Source of the DNA: an uncultured Candidatus Binatia bacterium
GTDB lineage: Bacteria > Desulfobacterota > Binatia > UBA9968 > JAJDTQ01
NCBI GenBank assembly: GCA_964291295.2
Contig: OZ219754.1
Coordinates: 832,001-896,000, forward strand
DNA: 64,000 bases
Reading direction: 5' to 3'
The notes beneath the pieces are model-generated. The model was given only the letters and a program-made list of their open reading frames with translations. It was not told where the DNA came from and ran no database searches. A program made the translations under genes and the position numbers. How positions within the stretch are numbered: position 1 is the first letter of the stretch; the number at the start of each line of letters is the position of its first letter. Shown here one piece after another: positions 1 to 8,969 of the stretch.

Positions 1-1904
1 CGCACGCCGAGCACATGAGTGACGGTGTTGGCGTCCCAGCCTTCCGTCAGCATTGAGACCGAAACAACGCAGCGCACCGTTTCACCCAGTTGGCCGCGCT
101 TACCGACGGTATTCATGACCTCGCGCAGCAGCTCCTCATCAGAGATCTTGTCACCGGCTTGACTGTCACCCGTGCGCTGAATGCGTTCGCGTCGGAAACG
201 GTTGATCTCGCCTTTGGCGAGGGCGCGGAAGTTCCTGTCGAGTGCCTGCCCGGATTCGAGTTGCTCGCTGTCGATGAGGAGCGTGCGCGGGCGTCCCAGC
301 GGTGTGCCGTGGTCGTCGAAGTTTCGGAACAGCTCGAAGCGGCCGTTCTCCAGGGGTTGCGGGGAACCATCCGGGCTCTCTGGGTAGACTCCGGCGATGT
401 ATTCGTGGACCAGCTTCGAGGTCGAGGTATTGTTGCAGATCACGATGAAGCAGGGCGGAAACTCGATACCCGCCTCTTGCCAGAGAGCGAAGGTCTTTTC
501 GTAGTGGCCATAGAGAGCTTCCAGCGCCGTCTGCAGCATCGGAGGAATTTGCAGCGGATCGAGGCTGGAGGCCTTGCCGCGGCCCTTCTTCGGCATGTCC
601 TTGCGGATATGCTCCCACAGGTTGCGGAACTTCGGCATGTCGCCGCCAGCGATGTTGTCGGCCACGGGCACGCGCGGCAGCTTCACGATACCGCATTCGA
701 TCGCGTCCATGAGCGAGAAGTCGTTCATGGTCCAGGGGAACAGCGTTCCTTCCGCGTAGCCCGAGCCGCGCAGGAAGAACGGCGTCGCCGAGAGGTCGAT
801 GACGCGGGCGAGATCGACCCTGCGGCCCACCGCCTCCAGTCCGGAAATCCAGAGCTTCGCCGCCTCCCGGTTCTTCTCCGCTTCCGCGCGATCTTCGCCC
901 TTCAGATCGCCTTCTTCATTGTCGTATTCCGGTTTCTGCCGGTAGCAGTGGTGGGCCTCGTCGTTCAGCGCCAGCACGTTCTTCATGCCCATGAGCTCGG
1001 GCATCACCCGCTGGAGCATCTGGCCCTCGCTCTCGCGTGAGCGCAGTTCGGGACCACGGCCCCGGAGCAGAGCGCGGCCGCCCTTCGAGACCTCCATCGT
1101 ATCGCGGCACCTGAAGGAGTGGAAGTTGGTGATGACGATCTTCGCGCGGTTGAGATCGCCCAGCATGTCGCCAGGAACGAGTTCGCGGCTCCGGTAGTAG
1201 CTGTCCGTCAGGTCGTTGGGCTGGAGCACGCGGAGCCGGTCCTTGATGGTGATGCCGGGGGTGACCACCAGAAAGCCCCGCGTAAAGCGCCTGCGGTTCG
1301 GATGGCGGACCGCATTGATGGTCTGCCAGGCGATGAGCATGGCCATGACGGTGGTCTTGCCGGCACCGGTGGCCAGTTTCAGGGCCAGCCGCGCCAGACC
1401 GGGGTTGGCCTGTTCGTTCGCCGCCTCCAGGTGTTCGAGAAACGCTCGTCCGGCTTTACCTTTGGAAGGCGCGACCTCGGTCAGCCAGATCACCGTCTCC
1501 ACGGCCTCGACCTGGCAGAAAAAGGGGCGGTAGTCGCTGAACTCATGGCCCCGCCAGTGCTGAAGCAGCCGAGCCGTTTCGGGCGTCACTTCGGGGTACC
1601 GAAGCGCCCTCCAGCGATCCACGGCGTTGCGGACGCTGTTGATGGTCTGCGCCAGTTCGTATTGCTGGCCGTCGGTCGCGACCCGGCGCGCGCCCTCATC
1701 AAAGACTATCTTCTGCTGAGTGTTTCGCTGCGCGCCGGCATGTCTCTTCGGATTGGGGATCGGCGTGATGAACGAGACTGGACGCCTCCGGTCCACGATC
1801 CGATTGGTGGGCTGACCGCGCTCGCCAAGCTCCCAGTGGCGCGCCGGATACTCGTAGGGTGAATTGAGGACAGGGTGATCGAAGAACGAGTTGCTCGAAT
1901 CCAT
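1..1904 (-). CDS. Type III restriction enzyme Res subunit-like SF2 helicase/endonuclease (BPTD_3080-like), 5' part; runs off the left edge
   Basis: Manual translation (absent from the ORF track because there is no stop in the window): [26 protein letters not shown]..., motif I [9 protein letters not shown], DEAH box LNDEAHHCY, motif [10 protein letters not shown], and [21 protein letters not shown] at the window edge. Confidence 0.85.
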   Translation of the reverse strand, partial: [634 protein letters not shown]

Positions 1905-1929
1905 GTCAACCTACCGTCCCGACCCCGCA

Positions 1930-2454
1930 TCATTGCGGGCGTGGCTCCCGAAGCCACGCAATTGCAGCAAATCGAGAGACCGCCGCAATTCGCAGTGGGG
2001 GGTGTATCAGCCACTTCTTCAGGTTTTGCATGTCAGGTTCCGCAGGCGAACCAATCTCATCTTGCAAAGCCTGGCGTTGTCGCATCGTCCATCGCGTCAT
2101 CGCAAATTTCGACTCGAGACCGTCAGCGAGTTCGTCAGGGACAATACGTCCCTGTTGCATCGCCGCAACAAGAAGTTTCTTTACAAACGCTCTCGGAAGA
2201 CGGCGGCACCACTCGTCCTGAACAGCCGCAGCTACGCGCCGAGTTACCTTGCCAAGCCGGACATAATCGAGCTTGCAAATGTCGATGTGCCGATCGGCAC
2301 AATCTGTAACGGGAGTTCGTCCGGCAATGTCCCTCAGCCTCTGGCCGTCAGCCCGTAGCTCGCTGTCTGCCAGCATTTCGCCATCCGCCAAGCCCCGGGT
2401 GCCATTGCGCGTTGCCTCCCATTTTGCGCGGGCAGTCTTCCGAACCAAGAACAT
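1930..2454 (-). CDS. Hypothetical protein, probably internally deleted (third gene of the TIGR04255-associated module)
   Basis: ATG 10 nt after the previous stop; MFLVRKTARAKWE...GRTPV...HIDICKLDY. Family-like N and C parts appear joined without the middle segment (inference). Confidence 0.5.
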   Translation of the reverse strand: MFLVRKTARAKWEATRNGTRGLADGEMLADSELRADGQRLRDIAGRTPVTDCADRHIDICKLDYVRLGKVTRRVAAAVQDEWCRRLPRAFVKKLLVAAMQQGRIVPDELADGLESKFAMTRWTMRQRQALQDEIGSPAEPDMQNLKKWLIHPPLRIAAVSRFAAIAWLREPRPQ

Positions 2455-2463
2455 TAACGCTCT

Positions 2464-2871
2464 TTACACTTCGATTTCCTTGAGGACGTCCTCCACGCAT
2501 GCATGAAGCCACCGTACTGTCTCGTGATGGCTCTGGAGTGCGTTTCGCATCTCCACTCCGCCCCATGACTCCGCTGCCTGCACCGCAGCATCCCGCATCT
2601 CCACATCGTCCGTGGCGAGCACTGCTCGCACCACCTCGGCACGCCATGCAGGCGTCCCCGGCTGTTGTCGGCCCAGACAGCGCAAAACCGATGACGCCAG
2701 ATCGGGGCTTCCCGTGTCCACCGATAGTGTCCTCAACCATTCCAAATGGAGTTGTACATCCACCGACTGCAAGGCGTCGTCGATGATCCGTTCCGCAGGG
2801 TGATTGATCCCGTCCTCAACAGGTCTGTCCTCGAACGCCATCCGCAATCGGGCTTCCAGTTGCCATCCCAT
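2464..2871 (-). CDS. Hypothetical helical (HEAT-like) protein, likely N-terminally truncated
   Basis: PVEDGINHPAE...DDVEMRDAAVQAAESWG resembles a HEAT-type motif; co-oriented with neighbours. Confidence 0.5.
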   Translation of the reverse strand: MGWQLEARLRMAFEDRPVEDGINHPAERIIDDALQSVDVQLHLEWLRTLSVDTGSPDLASSVLRCLGRQQPGTPAWRAEVVRAVLATDDVEMRDAAVQAAESWGGVEMRNALQSHHETVRWLHACVEDVLKEIEV

Positions 2872-2935
2872 GTACGAACCTGAACTCGCAGAGCGCTTCC
2901 TCTACAGGTGGATTCTTGTAGCGCCGATGATTCAT
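2816..2935 (-). pseudogene. TIGR04255-family protein, N-terminal fragment
   Basis: AAGGA RBS then MNHRRYKNPPVEEALCEFRF, the typical TIGR04255 N-terminus; the frame ends after 39 aa. Confidence 0.65.
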
Positions 2936-3049
2936 TGATTCAGTCCTTGAAGTTACGATCGCCGCCTTCCCGCTTCGAACCTTTGCAATGGCCACGCTGC
3001 TCAAGAATCACATCAAGAGTGGCCGCAGCCCCGCTCACTACACATAAAC

Positions 3050-3736
3050 TCACTGCACATAAATCTTCTTCGCGGCTTCCAGGCCGAGGACGACCTCGTG
3101 GTTGCCCACCGAGAGGTTCATGGTGCCGAGGGATGGGGCCACGTCGAGGATGCGTATCTTGGTGCCGGGATGGACGTTGTGATCGTAGAGGAACGAGAGC
3201 AGCCTGGCGTCGCGCTCTCCGGTCTCGGTGATGCAGCGGAAGATCACCCTGCTGCCGGCTTCCGCCATGTTGAGGGGGTTCCACTTCCGGCGCGGCGATG
3301 GTTTTCCCTTGACCGGGATGGGGTTGCCGTGGGGACAGGTGGAGGGATTGTCGAGTATGGCGCTGAGGCGCTCTTCCACCACCGCCGATATGGCGTGCTC
3401 CAGGTGGTGGGCTTCCTGGTGGGCGGTGACCCAGTCCAGGCCCAGCAGGTCGGTCAGCAGCCGCTCCGTCAGGTAGTGGCGCCGCAGGATCGCCTCGGCC
3501 ACCTCGCGGCCTTTGGAGGTCAGGTAGATGTTCTTGCGGCGCTCTACCCGGACGAACTCTTCCTTCTCAAGCCGCCGCAGGGCGCTGAACATGGTGGACG
3601 GCTTTACACCGATATCCTCCGCCACCCGCGCCGCAATGACCTGGTCGCCCTCCTCGGCCAGGCTGTAGATAGCCTTGAGGTAATCTTCCGTCACGGAAGA
3701 GACTTCTGAACGTTTCACCGCCACGCGCTCCGTCAA
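3050..3736 (-). CDS. DtxR/MntR-family metal-dependent transcriptional repressor with C-terminal FeoA-like domain
   Basis: EDYLKAIY HTH, RRHYLTERLL, EAHHLEHAIS, TCPHGNPIP, FeoA-like tail. Confidence 0.92.
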   Translation of the reverse strand: MTERVAVKRSEVSSVTEDYLKAIYSLAEEGDQVIAARVAEDIGVKPSTMFSALRRLEKEEFVRVERRKNIYLTSKGREVAEAILRRHYLTERLLTDLLGLDWVTAHQEAHHLEHAISAVVEERLSAILDNPSTCPHGNPIPVKGKPSPRRKWNPLNMAEAGSRVIFRCITETGERDARLLSFLYDHNVHPGTKIRILDVAPSLGTMNLSVGNHEVVLGLEAAKKIYVQ

Positions 3737-3761
3737 GCAGACTCAAGGGGGGCCGCCGCCC

Positions 3762-4256
3762 TCAGGCGGCGCCTTCGCCACCGCCGGCACTGTAGATCTG
3801 CTGGGCCAGATAGTTCTCCTGGCCCACCTCCTGGATCAGATGCAGCTGTGCTTCGATCCAGTCCATGTGATGCTCTTCATCCGACAGTATCTTCTCCAGA
3901 AGGTCCCGGCTTACGTGGTCGCCCGCTTCGTGACAGGTCGCAATACCAGCGTGGAGCACCTTGATGGCGCCGTCTTCCAGCCCGAGGTCATTCTCCAACT
4001 GCTCCTTGACGTTCTTGCCCACCATGATCTTGTCGTAGCCGGCAACATTGGGAACGCCGTCCAGCAGCAGGATGCGGTTGATGATCTGGTCCGCGTGCCG
4101 CATCTCCTCGATGGATTCGGTCCAGATGAACTGATCCAGGGCCTGGTAGCCCCAGTTGCGGCACATGCGCGAGTGCATGAAGTACTGATTGATGCCGGTC
4201 AACTCTTTCCGGAGCACGTCATTGAGCGCCTTGAGCACTTTGGGGTCGCCTTTCAT
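3762..4256 (-). CDS. bfr: Bacterioferritin
   Basis: MKGDPKVL...ELTGINQYFMH, EEMRHAD (heme Met), DEEHH ferroxidase residues; strong RBS GGAGGAAGGAG. Confidence 0.95.
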   Translation of the reverse strand: MKGDPKVLKALNDVLRKELTGINQYFMHSRMCRNWGYQALDQFIWTESIEEMRHADQIINRILLLDGVPNVAGYDKIMVGKNVKEQLENDLGLEDGAIKVLHAGIATCHEAGDHVSRDLLEKILSDEEHHMDWIEAQLHLIQEVGQENYLAQQIYSAGGGEGAA

Positions 4257-4504
4257 CCTTGTCTCCTTCCTCCGCCGGGGGATGCCCGTCACCCGAACCG
4301 CAGAGTCCCAATCCCCTGAGAACATAGTCAAAACAGGTCCCTATTGAAAGCGCCGCTTCGGCGGGAACGGCAGCCACGGTTGACACGGGTCGGCCCTCTC
4401 GAATCGGGGCGCGGTCGAAATCAGGGAGTCGACCAACTGGGGGAGTCGGCAGGCCCATCCCGGCAATGTCGTCTCAGAAAATGACTCAGCCTGAATATTC
4501 TATT

Positions 4505-4544
4505 GTTGGTTGACCTAATAAAAATAATTAGGTAATAACCCTAA
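4505..4544. promoter_or_regulatory. AT-rich divergent promoter with two DtxR/MntR-type operator palindromes
   Basis: GTTGGTTGACCTAA (4505-4518) and TTAGGTAATAACCCTAA (4528-4544) carry TTAGG/CCTAA half-sites; TTGACC-N17-TAATAA overlaps them. Confidence 0.6.
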
Positions 4545-4627
4545 ACCTCGGATCGCCCGGGGGCGCCGGCATGGCCGAGGAGCGAGTACGACAAGAGCGG
4601 TCACGACAAGAACGAAAGGAGGGCGCC

Positions 4628-4966
4628 ATGTCCCACAATCAACTCATCGAAGCGGCGTGGGAACTCCATCAGCGGACCCGGGACTGCCCAAGAGGCATGA
4701 TTGCAAATGCGACCCGGTGGCTGGAGAGTTGCTACGGCAAGTCGCCTGACTGGAAGACCGCTTTCGCCATCGCGGTCCACTACGTCGTCCTCGCGCTGAG
4801 CCAAATGGAAACGGACCGCGGCGACGGTGCCGCCGACTACCTCCCGCTGGCGCTGCACTGGAACGCCACCAAGGACCAGGATCGCATCAAGCTCATCGAC
4901 ATGGGGCGAGCGGCGCTCGCAGGGGTGCCGGAGAAAGAGAGCGAAACCCGCGACACTCCGGAGTGA
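4628..4966 (+). CDS. Hypothetical protein (112 aa)
   Basis: RBS AAGGAGG before ATG 4628; MSHNQLIEAAWELH... Confidence 0.6.
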   Translation: MSHNQLIEAAWELHQRTRDCPRGMIANATRWLESCYGKSPDWKTAFAIAVHYVVLALSQMETDRGDGAADYLPLALHWNATKDQDRIKLIDMGRAALAGVPEKESETRDTPE

Positions 4967-4994
4967 CCCGGCGGGCAGCGAGGAAAGAAGGACA

Positions 4995-5204
4995 ATGGAG
5001 CACAACGACCAACAACACACGCGGCGCTGGCAGATATTCATGTGCCAGAGCGGCAGCGTGCACATCCACTACGGCACCGGCTCCCTGCACATCACCAAGG
5101 ATGATTTTCCCGGACTGGCGGAGGACCTGCACACGATAGCGGTTTCCCTCCGCAGCGGAAATGAGGGCCGGAAGCAACCCCCGCCGCGGGGTCCGCTTCA
5201 TTGA
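4995..5204 (+). CDS. Small hypothetical protein (69 aa) with C-x5-H-x-H motif
   Basis: RBS GAAGGA before ATG; MEHNDQ...IFMCQSGSVHIHYGTGSLHI. Confidence 0.55.
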   Translation: MEHNDQQHTRRWQIFMCQSGSVHIHYGTGSLHITKDDFPGLAEDLHTIAVSLRSGNEGRKQPPPRGPLH

Positions 5205-5980
5205 GGCACCGCCGTCGTCGCGAACGGAATCCGCGGCAGGACGACGGCCGGCACGCCGAGAGCGTGACGCGCTGCGGGCTCGATCAACACCTCTCCGGGC
5301 GGCCCCTCCACGAGCACCCTTCCACCCGCCAGGATCGCGACACGGTCCCCGTACATGCCGGCCTGGTTGGCATCGTGGAGGATCATCACCACGCCAATAC
5401 CCCGTTCCGCCGCGCGACGGGCTACATCAAGGGTTCCGCGGGCGGAATCAAGGCGGCAGGTGGAGCCGTCCAGCAGGAGATACCGGTCCGCCCCCTGCCG
5501 CCCGGCCGCGGTGGAATGGATCTGGGCCAGCACCCGCGCCAACTGCACCCGCTGCCGTTCGGCACAGGAGAGTGTCGTGTAGACACGCTCCGCAAGATGG
5601 CCAGCGCCCGTCTCCGCCAGACACGCCCACGCCACGTCCCGATCCTCCTGGGGGCTGCTACACCGCAATGGGGCGAACGCCCCAGCAGCAGCACCTCCCA
5701 GCGTGCTGAAGACGAATGAAAGCTCCGGCAACTGCGGCAACACCGCGCGCCTTCGGGCAAGCGCCCGCGGTGTCCATGTCGCCAGGGGATGGTCATCCAG
5801 ACAAACGCTGCCCGTGCGGGGCGGCAACGAGCCCGAAAGGACATTGAGCAGCGTCGATTTCCCGGCCCCATTGGGACCCACGACGGCCACCACCTGCCCC
5901 GGCGCCACTGCCAGCGAGACCCCTTTCAACACCTCCACGTCACCAAGGACCACGCGGGCATCACGCGCCTGCAATATCAA
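5198..5980 (-). pseudogene. hmuV: Heme ABC transporter ATPase HmuV, degenerate
   Basis: Walker A GPNGAGKST intact and LARRRAVLPQ present, but signature is LSCAE (not LSGGE), Walker B is LLLDGST (not LLLDEPT), and a compensated frameshift lies near 5660-5700 (EVLLLGRSPH is in another frame). Confidence 0.75.
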
Positions 5981-7107
5981 CCGCCTCCCGTGAAACGGCG
6001 GCGCACGAGCAGCCAAAGGAGCAGGGGGCCGCCGACACAGGCGGTCAGGACGCCGATGGGCAAATCGGCCGGCAGGACGACCATGCGCGCCGCCAGATCG
6101 GCCATCAGCATCGAACCGGCGCCCAGCAGGATCACCGCGGGCAGCAACATCCGGTGGTCGGGTCCGATCATGACGCGCACCAGATGGGGCACCACCAAGC
6201 CGATGAATCCGATGACCCCAGTGAGCACCACCGAAGTGCCCGCGGCCAGGGCTGCCAGCGCCGCGATCCGGCGTTTGGCGGACTTCACACGGAAGCCCGG
6301 ATACAGCGCCTCGCGCTCGCCCATCAGAAGCGCGTCGAGATGCCGAGCGAGATGCGGCAGCGCCACCAAAGCACCAACCAGAAGCGGGGTCACCGCCAGC
6401 AGCCTGGTGCCGGTGACTCCCCCCAGGCTCCCCAGAAGCCAGAATCTCGGATCCCGAAACTGTGGCCCGCTGCCGGCGAAGACCAGCAGACCGATGCCGG
6501 CAAAGGCGACGACGTTCACGACGACACCGGCCAGCAGCATGGCGGCGACGTTGGTACGGCCTTCACGACTGGCGATACGGTAGACCAGCCAAGTCGCGAA
6601 CAGGCCCCCCGCGAAGGCGGCCAGGGGCAGGACAAGGGCGTCAAAGGACGGCGGCGTCGAGACTCCGGCGCCCAGGACGGTGGCACCGGCGACAGCAAGC
6701 GCCGCGCCGGCGGAAACGCCCATCAGCGCCGGGTCCGCGAGCGGATTACGCAACAGTCCCTGCAACGCCGCGCCGGAAGCGGCCAGAGCGGCACCGGACA
6801 TGACGCCGAGGAAAGTTCGCGGGAGACGCACCGACATCAACTCCGACTGTTCGGTGGCGGTGAACTGCCACGGCACCCCCAGGGCGTCGGCGACGATGGC
6901 AAGCATCGCCACGGGCGCGATGTCCAACGGACCCGACCCGACGGAAGCGAAAAAGGCAAGAGCCGACAACGCCCCGAAAAGCCACAGCGCCACGGCGCCC
7001 AGATACCGATGCCGGACCGTGAGCACGCGAGTAACGGCAACACCCATGGCCCGCATGGGATTCGCAGCGCCGTGTGATTCCGGATCAATCAATTCCGGGT
7101 CACTCAT
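5977..7107 (-). CDS. hmuU: FecCD/HmuU-family heme/iron-chelate ABC permease (possibly decaying)
   Basis: VRLPR, QGLLRNPLADP, FWLLGSL, GVIGFIGLVVPHLVR, LPIGVLT motifs. Confidence 0.85.
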   Translation of the reverse strand: MSDPELIDPESHGAANPMRAMGVAVTRVLTVRHRYLGAVALWLFGALSALAFFASVGSGPLDIAPVAMLAIVADALGVPWQFTATEQSELMSVRLPRTFLGVMSGAALAASGAALQGLLRNPLADPALMGVSAGAALAVAGATVLGAGVSTPPSFDALVLPLAAFAGGLFATWLVYRIASREGRTNVAAMLLAGVVVNVVAFAGIGLLVFAGSGPQFRDPRFWLLGSLGGVTGTRLLAVTPLLVGALVALPHLARHLDALLMGEREALYPGFRVKSAKRRIAALAALAAGTSVVLTGVIGFIGLVVPHLVRVMIGPDHRMLLPAVILLGAGSMLMADLAARMVVLPADLPIGVLTACVGGPLLLWLLVRRRFTGGG

Positions 7108-7518
7108 GTCGTCGTCCGCGGCGGAGGAATTTGCCAAGGGAACTCGCCAGGGGAATTCGGCGGAACGAGTTCGGTGAGACCTGCCGTCAGGGAGGCAACC
7201 CGTACAGGCCCGCCGCCGGGTGTCGGGGAGGGGTTCCGACACCCGAAACTCGATACCCCGAACCCGCCTTGCCGGAACGCGGCTTCCGGCCGGTCGCGGC
7301 TGTCGGAGCCCTTGAACCGGATGGAAGTCCGTTGACGCGCGCTCACGCTGAAGCCGTCCCGCTTTCCCTCGGGATCGTGCCGCGGCCCGAGCTTCATGCG
7401 CTCGCCGGCCAACAACTCCGGTCTGCTCCGGAAATGGAACGCCCGGCGAGCCGGGGGAACAGGCCGGCGGCGCGCCGCGCGGGCGCCGCCGGCGCTGCGC
7501 CTCCAACGGGATGCGGCC

Positions 7519-8574
7519 CTACGGGATGCCCACCCGATCGAATATCCTGACGGCCAGAGCCCGGTTCCTCGCGACCTTGATCATGTCGATGTCGTCCGCC
7601 TTGAACCTGCCCCACGACTCCACCAGACCGGACCACGGAACGCCGGGCTTCACGGGATACTCGAAGTTCTGCTCGGCGTACATCTTCTGCGCCAAGTCGT
7701 CGCTCAGAAATTCCAGCAGCTTGATGGCGTTCTCCTTTCGCCCCGCGTGCCGGGTGACGCCGGCACCGCTGATGTTCATGTGAGCACCGCGGCCATCCTG
7801 ATTGGGGAAGAACAGGAACACTGACTCCGCCCACTCGATCTGCTTTTCGTTGGTGAGCATCTTGCCCATGTAGTAGGTGTTCCCGAGCGAAATGTCGCAT
7901 TCCCCCGAGAAGATGGCCTTGACCTGTGCGCGGTCGTTGCCCTGAGGCTTGCGCGCCAGATTGGCCTTCAAGCCCCTGGCCCACTCTTCAGCCCTTTTCT
8001 CGCCGTGATGGGCCACCAGCGAAGCAAGCAACGCCACGTTATAGACGTTTTTCGAAGAGCGGATGCAGATGCGGCCCTTCCACTTGGGATCGACCAGGTC
8101 TTCGTAGGTCGAGAGATCCCCCGGCTTCACCCGCTCCCTGGAGGCGTAGACGATGCGGGCGCGTCTCGTGAGTGCGTACCACAGCCCCGACGGATCCCGG
8201 TCGCGCGACGGAACGTTGGCCATGAGCTTCCCGGTCTTGACCGGCTGCAGCACGCCCGCTTCAACGGCGTCGTTGATCCGTCCGATGTCCACCGTCAGGA
8301 TCATGTCCGCCGGGCTGTTCCTGCCCTCCTTCTGCAGTCGCGTGATCATCCCCTTGGGTGCGAACACCACATTGGTCTTGATCCCGGTCTGGTGAGTGAA
8401 GGCGCTCAGCATCGGTTTGATGAGGAACGGCTGCCGGTAGGAGTAGATGTTGACCTCTCCGTTGGCGACGGCGTTCGCCGCAAGCCCCATGGACAGGCCA
8501 AGAACCACCGCCAGGCAAGCCAACGCCCTGGCCCCTGACGCTTTTCCAACTGCTTTCCCAACTGTCTCAGTCAT
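7519..8574 (-). CDS. futA: Fe(III) ABC transporter substrate-binding protein (FutA/FbpA type)
   Basis: Signal peptide, EVNIYSYRQPFL, NSPAD, PQGNDRAQ, GNTYYMGKM (tandem Tyr iron ligands), HMNISG. Confidence 0.9.
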   Translation of the reverse strand: MTETVGKAVGKASGARALACLAVVLGLSMGLAANAVANGEVNIYSYRQPFLIKPMLSAFTHQTGIKTNVVFAPKGMITRLQKEGRNSPADMILTVDIGRINDAVEAGVLQPVKTGKLMANVPSRDRDPSGLWYALTRRARIVYASRERVKPGDLSTYEDLVDPKWKGRICIRSSKNVYNVALLASLVAHHGEKRAEEWARGLKANLARKPQGNDRAQVKAIFSGECDISLGNTYYMGKMLTNEKQIEWAESVFLFFPNQDGRGAHMNISGAGVTRHAGRKENAIKLLEFLSDDLAQKMYAEQNFEYPVKPGVPWSGLVESWGRFKADDIDMIKVARNRALAVRIFDRVGIP

Positions 8575-8648
8575 TGTCGTGCTCCTTCCTTCAAGAGATA
8601 TTTTCCGCCATGAATACTCCATTGATCCCCGTAATGCAATACTTTAAA

Positions 8649-8662
8649 TTAGTTTGATCAAA
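8649..8662. promoter_or_regulatory. Candidate DtxR/MntR operator upstream of futA
   Basis: TTAGTTTGATCAAA in an AT-rich patch; 9/14 identical to the 4505-4518 box. Confidence 0.45.
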
Positions 8663-8823
8663 TTTTTTCTTTTCCTATAATCGAAGCCGCCTTGAAGCCG
8701 TCCCGAGACCTTCGGTCCAGAGACTGCGGAGCCCGACCCCCGGCCCGGGTTCGACGCTCCACCCGGCCCGGCTTGTATCGGCGGCGATGACCTTTTAACT
8801 TCGTCCAGGAAAACCTCGTCCAA

Positions 8824-8922
8824 TGAAAGCCTGAAAAAGGCGATGGCGCGGCATGGAACTGCTCGCAACCTGTGGATTCCATTGATTCAGCCCCAGCGAA
8901 TTCGGGTTTGTTCAGACCTTCC
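8824..8922 (-). mobile_element. 99-bp MITE with IS5-type termini, copy 1 (one end degenerate)
   Basis: Reverse complement GGAAGGTCTGAAC...GAATCAATGG...CACAGGTTGCG...GCCATCGCC...TTCAGGCTTTCA aligns end to end with 33924-34022. Confidence 0.8.
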
Positions 8923-8969
8923 CCGACTTCGTGCCACTTCGTGACACCGGAATCGGTGACGATGACGTC

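Noticed and set aside
4312-4428. Possible structured ncRNA upstream of bfr (CCCTGA...TCAGGG complementary ends)
   Set aside because: Only short pairing in GC-rich DNA; no recognisable family
7110-7515. Cobalamin riboswitch or hmuT remnant before hmuU
   Set aside because: Hairpins are present but there is no B12 box and no recognisable protein motif
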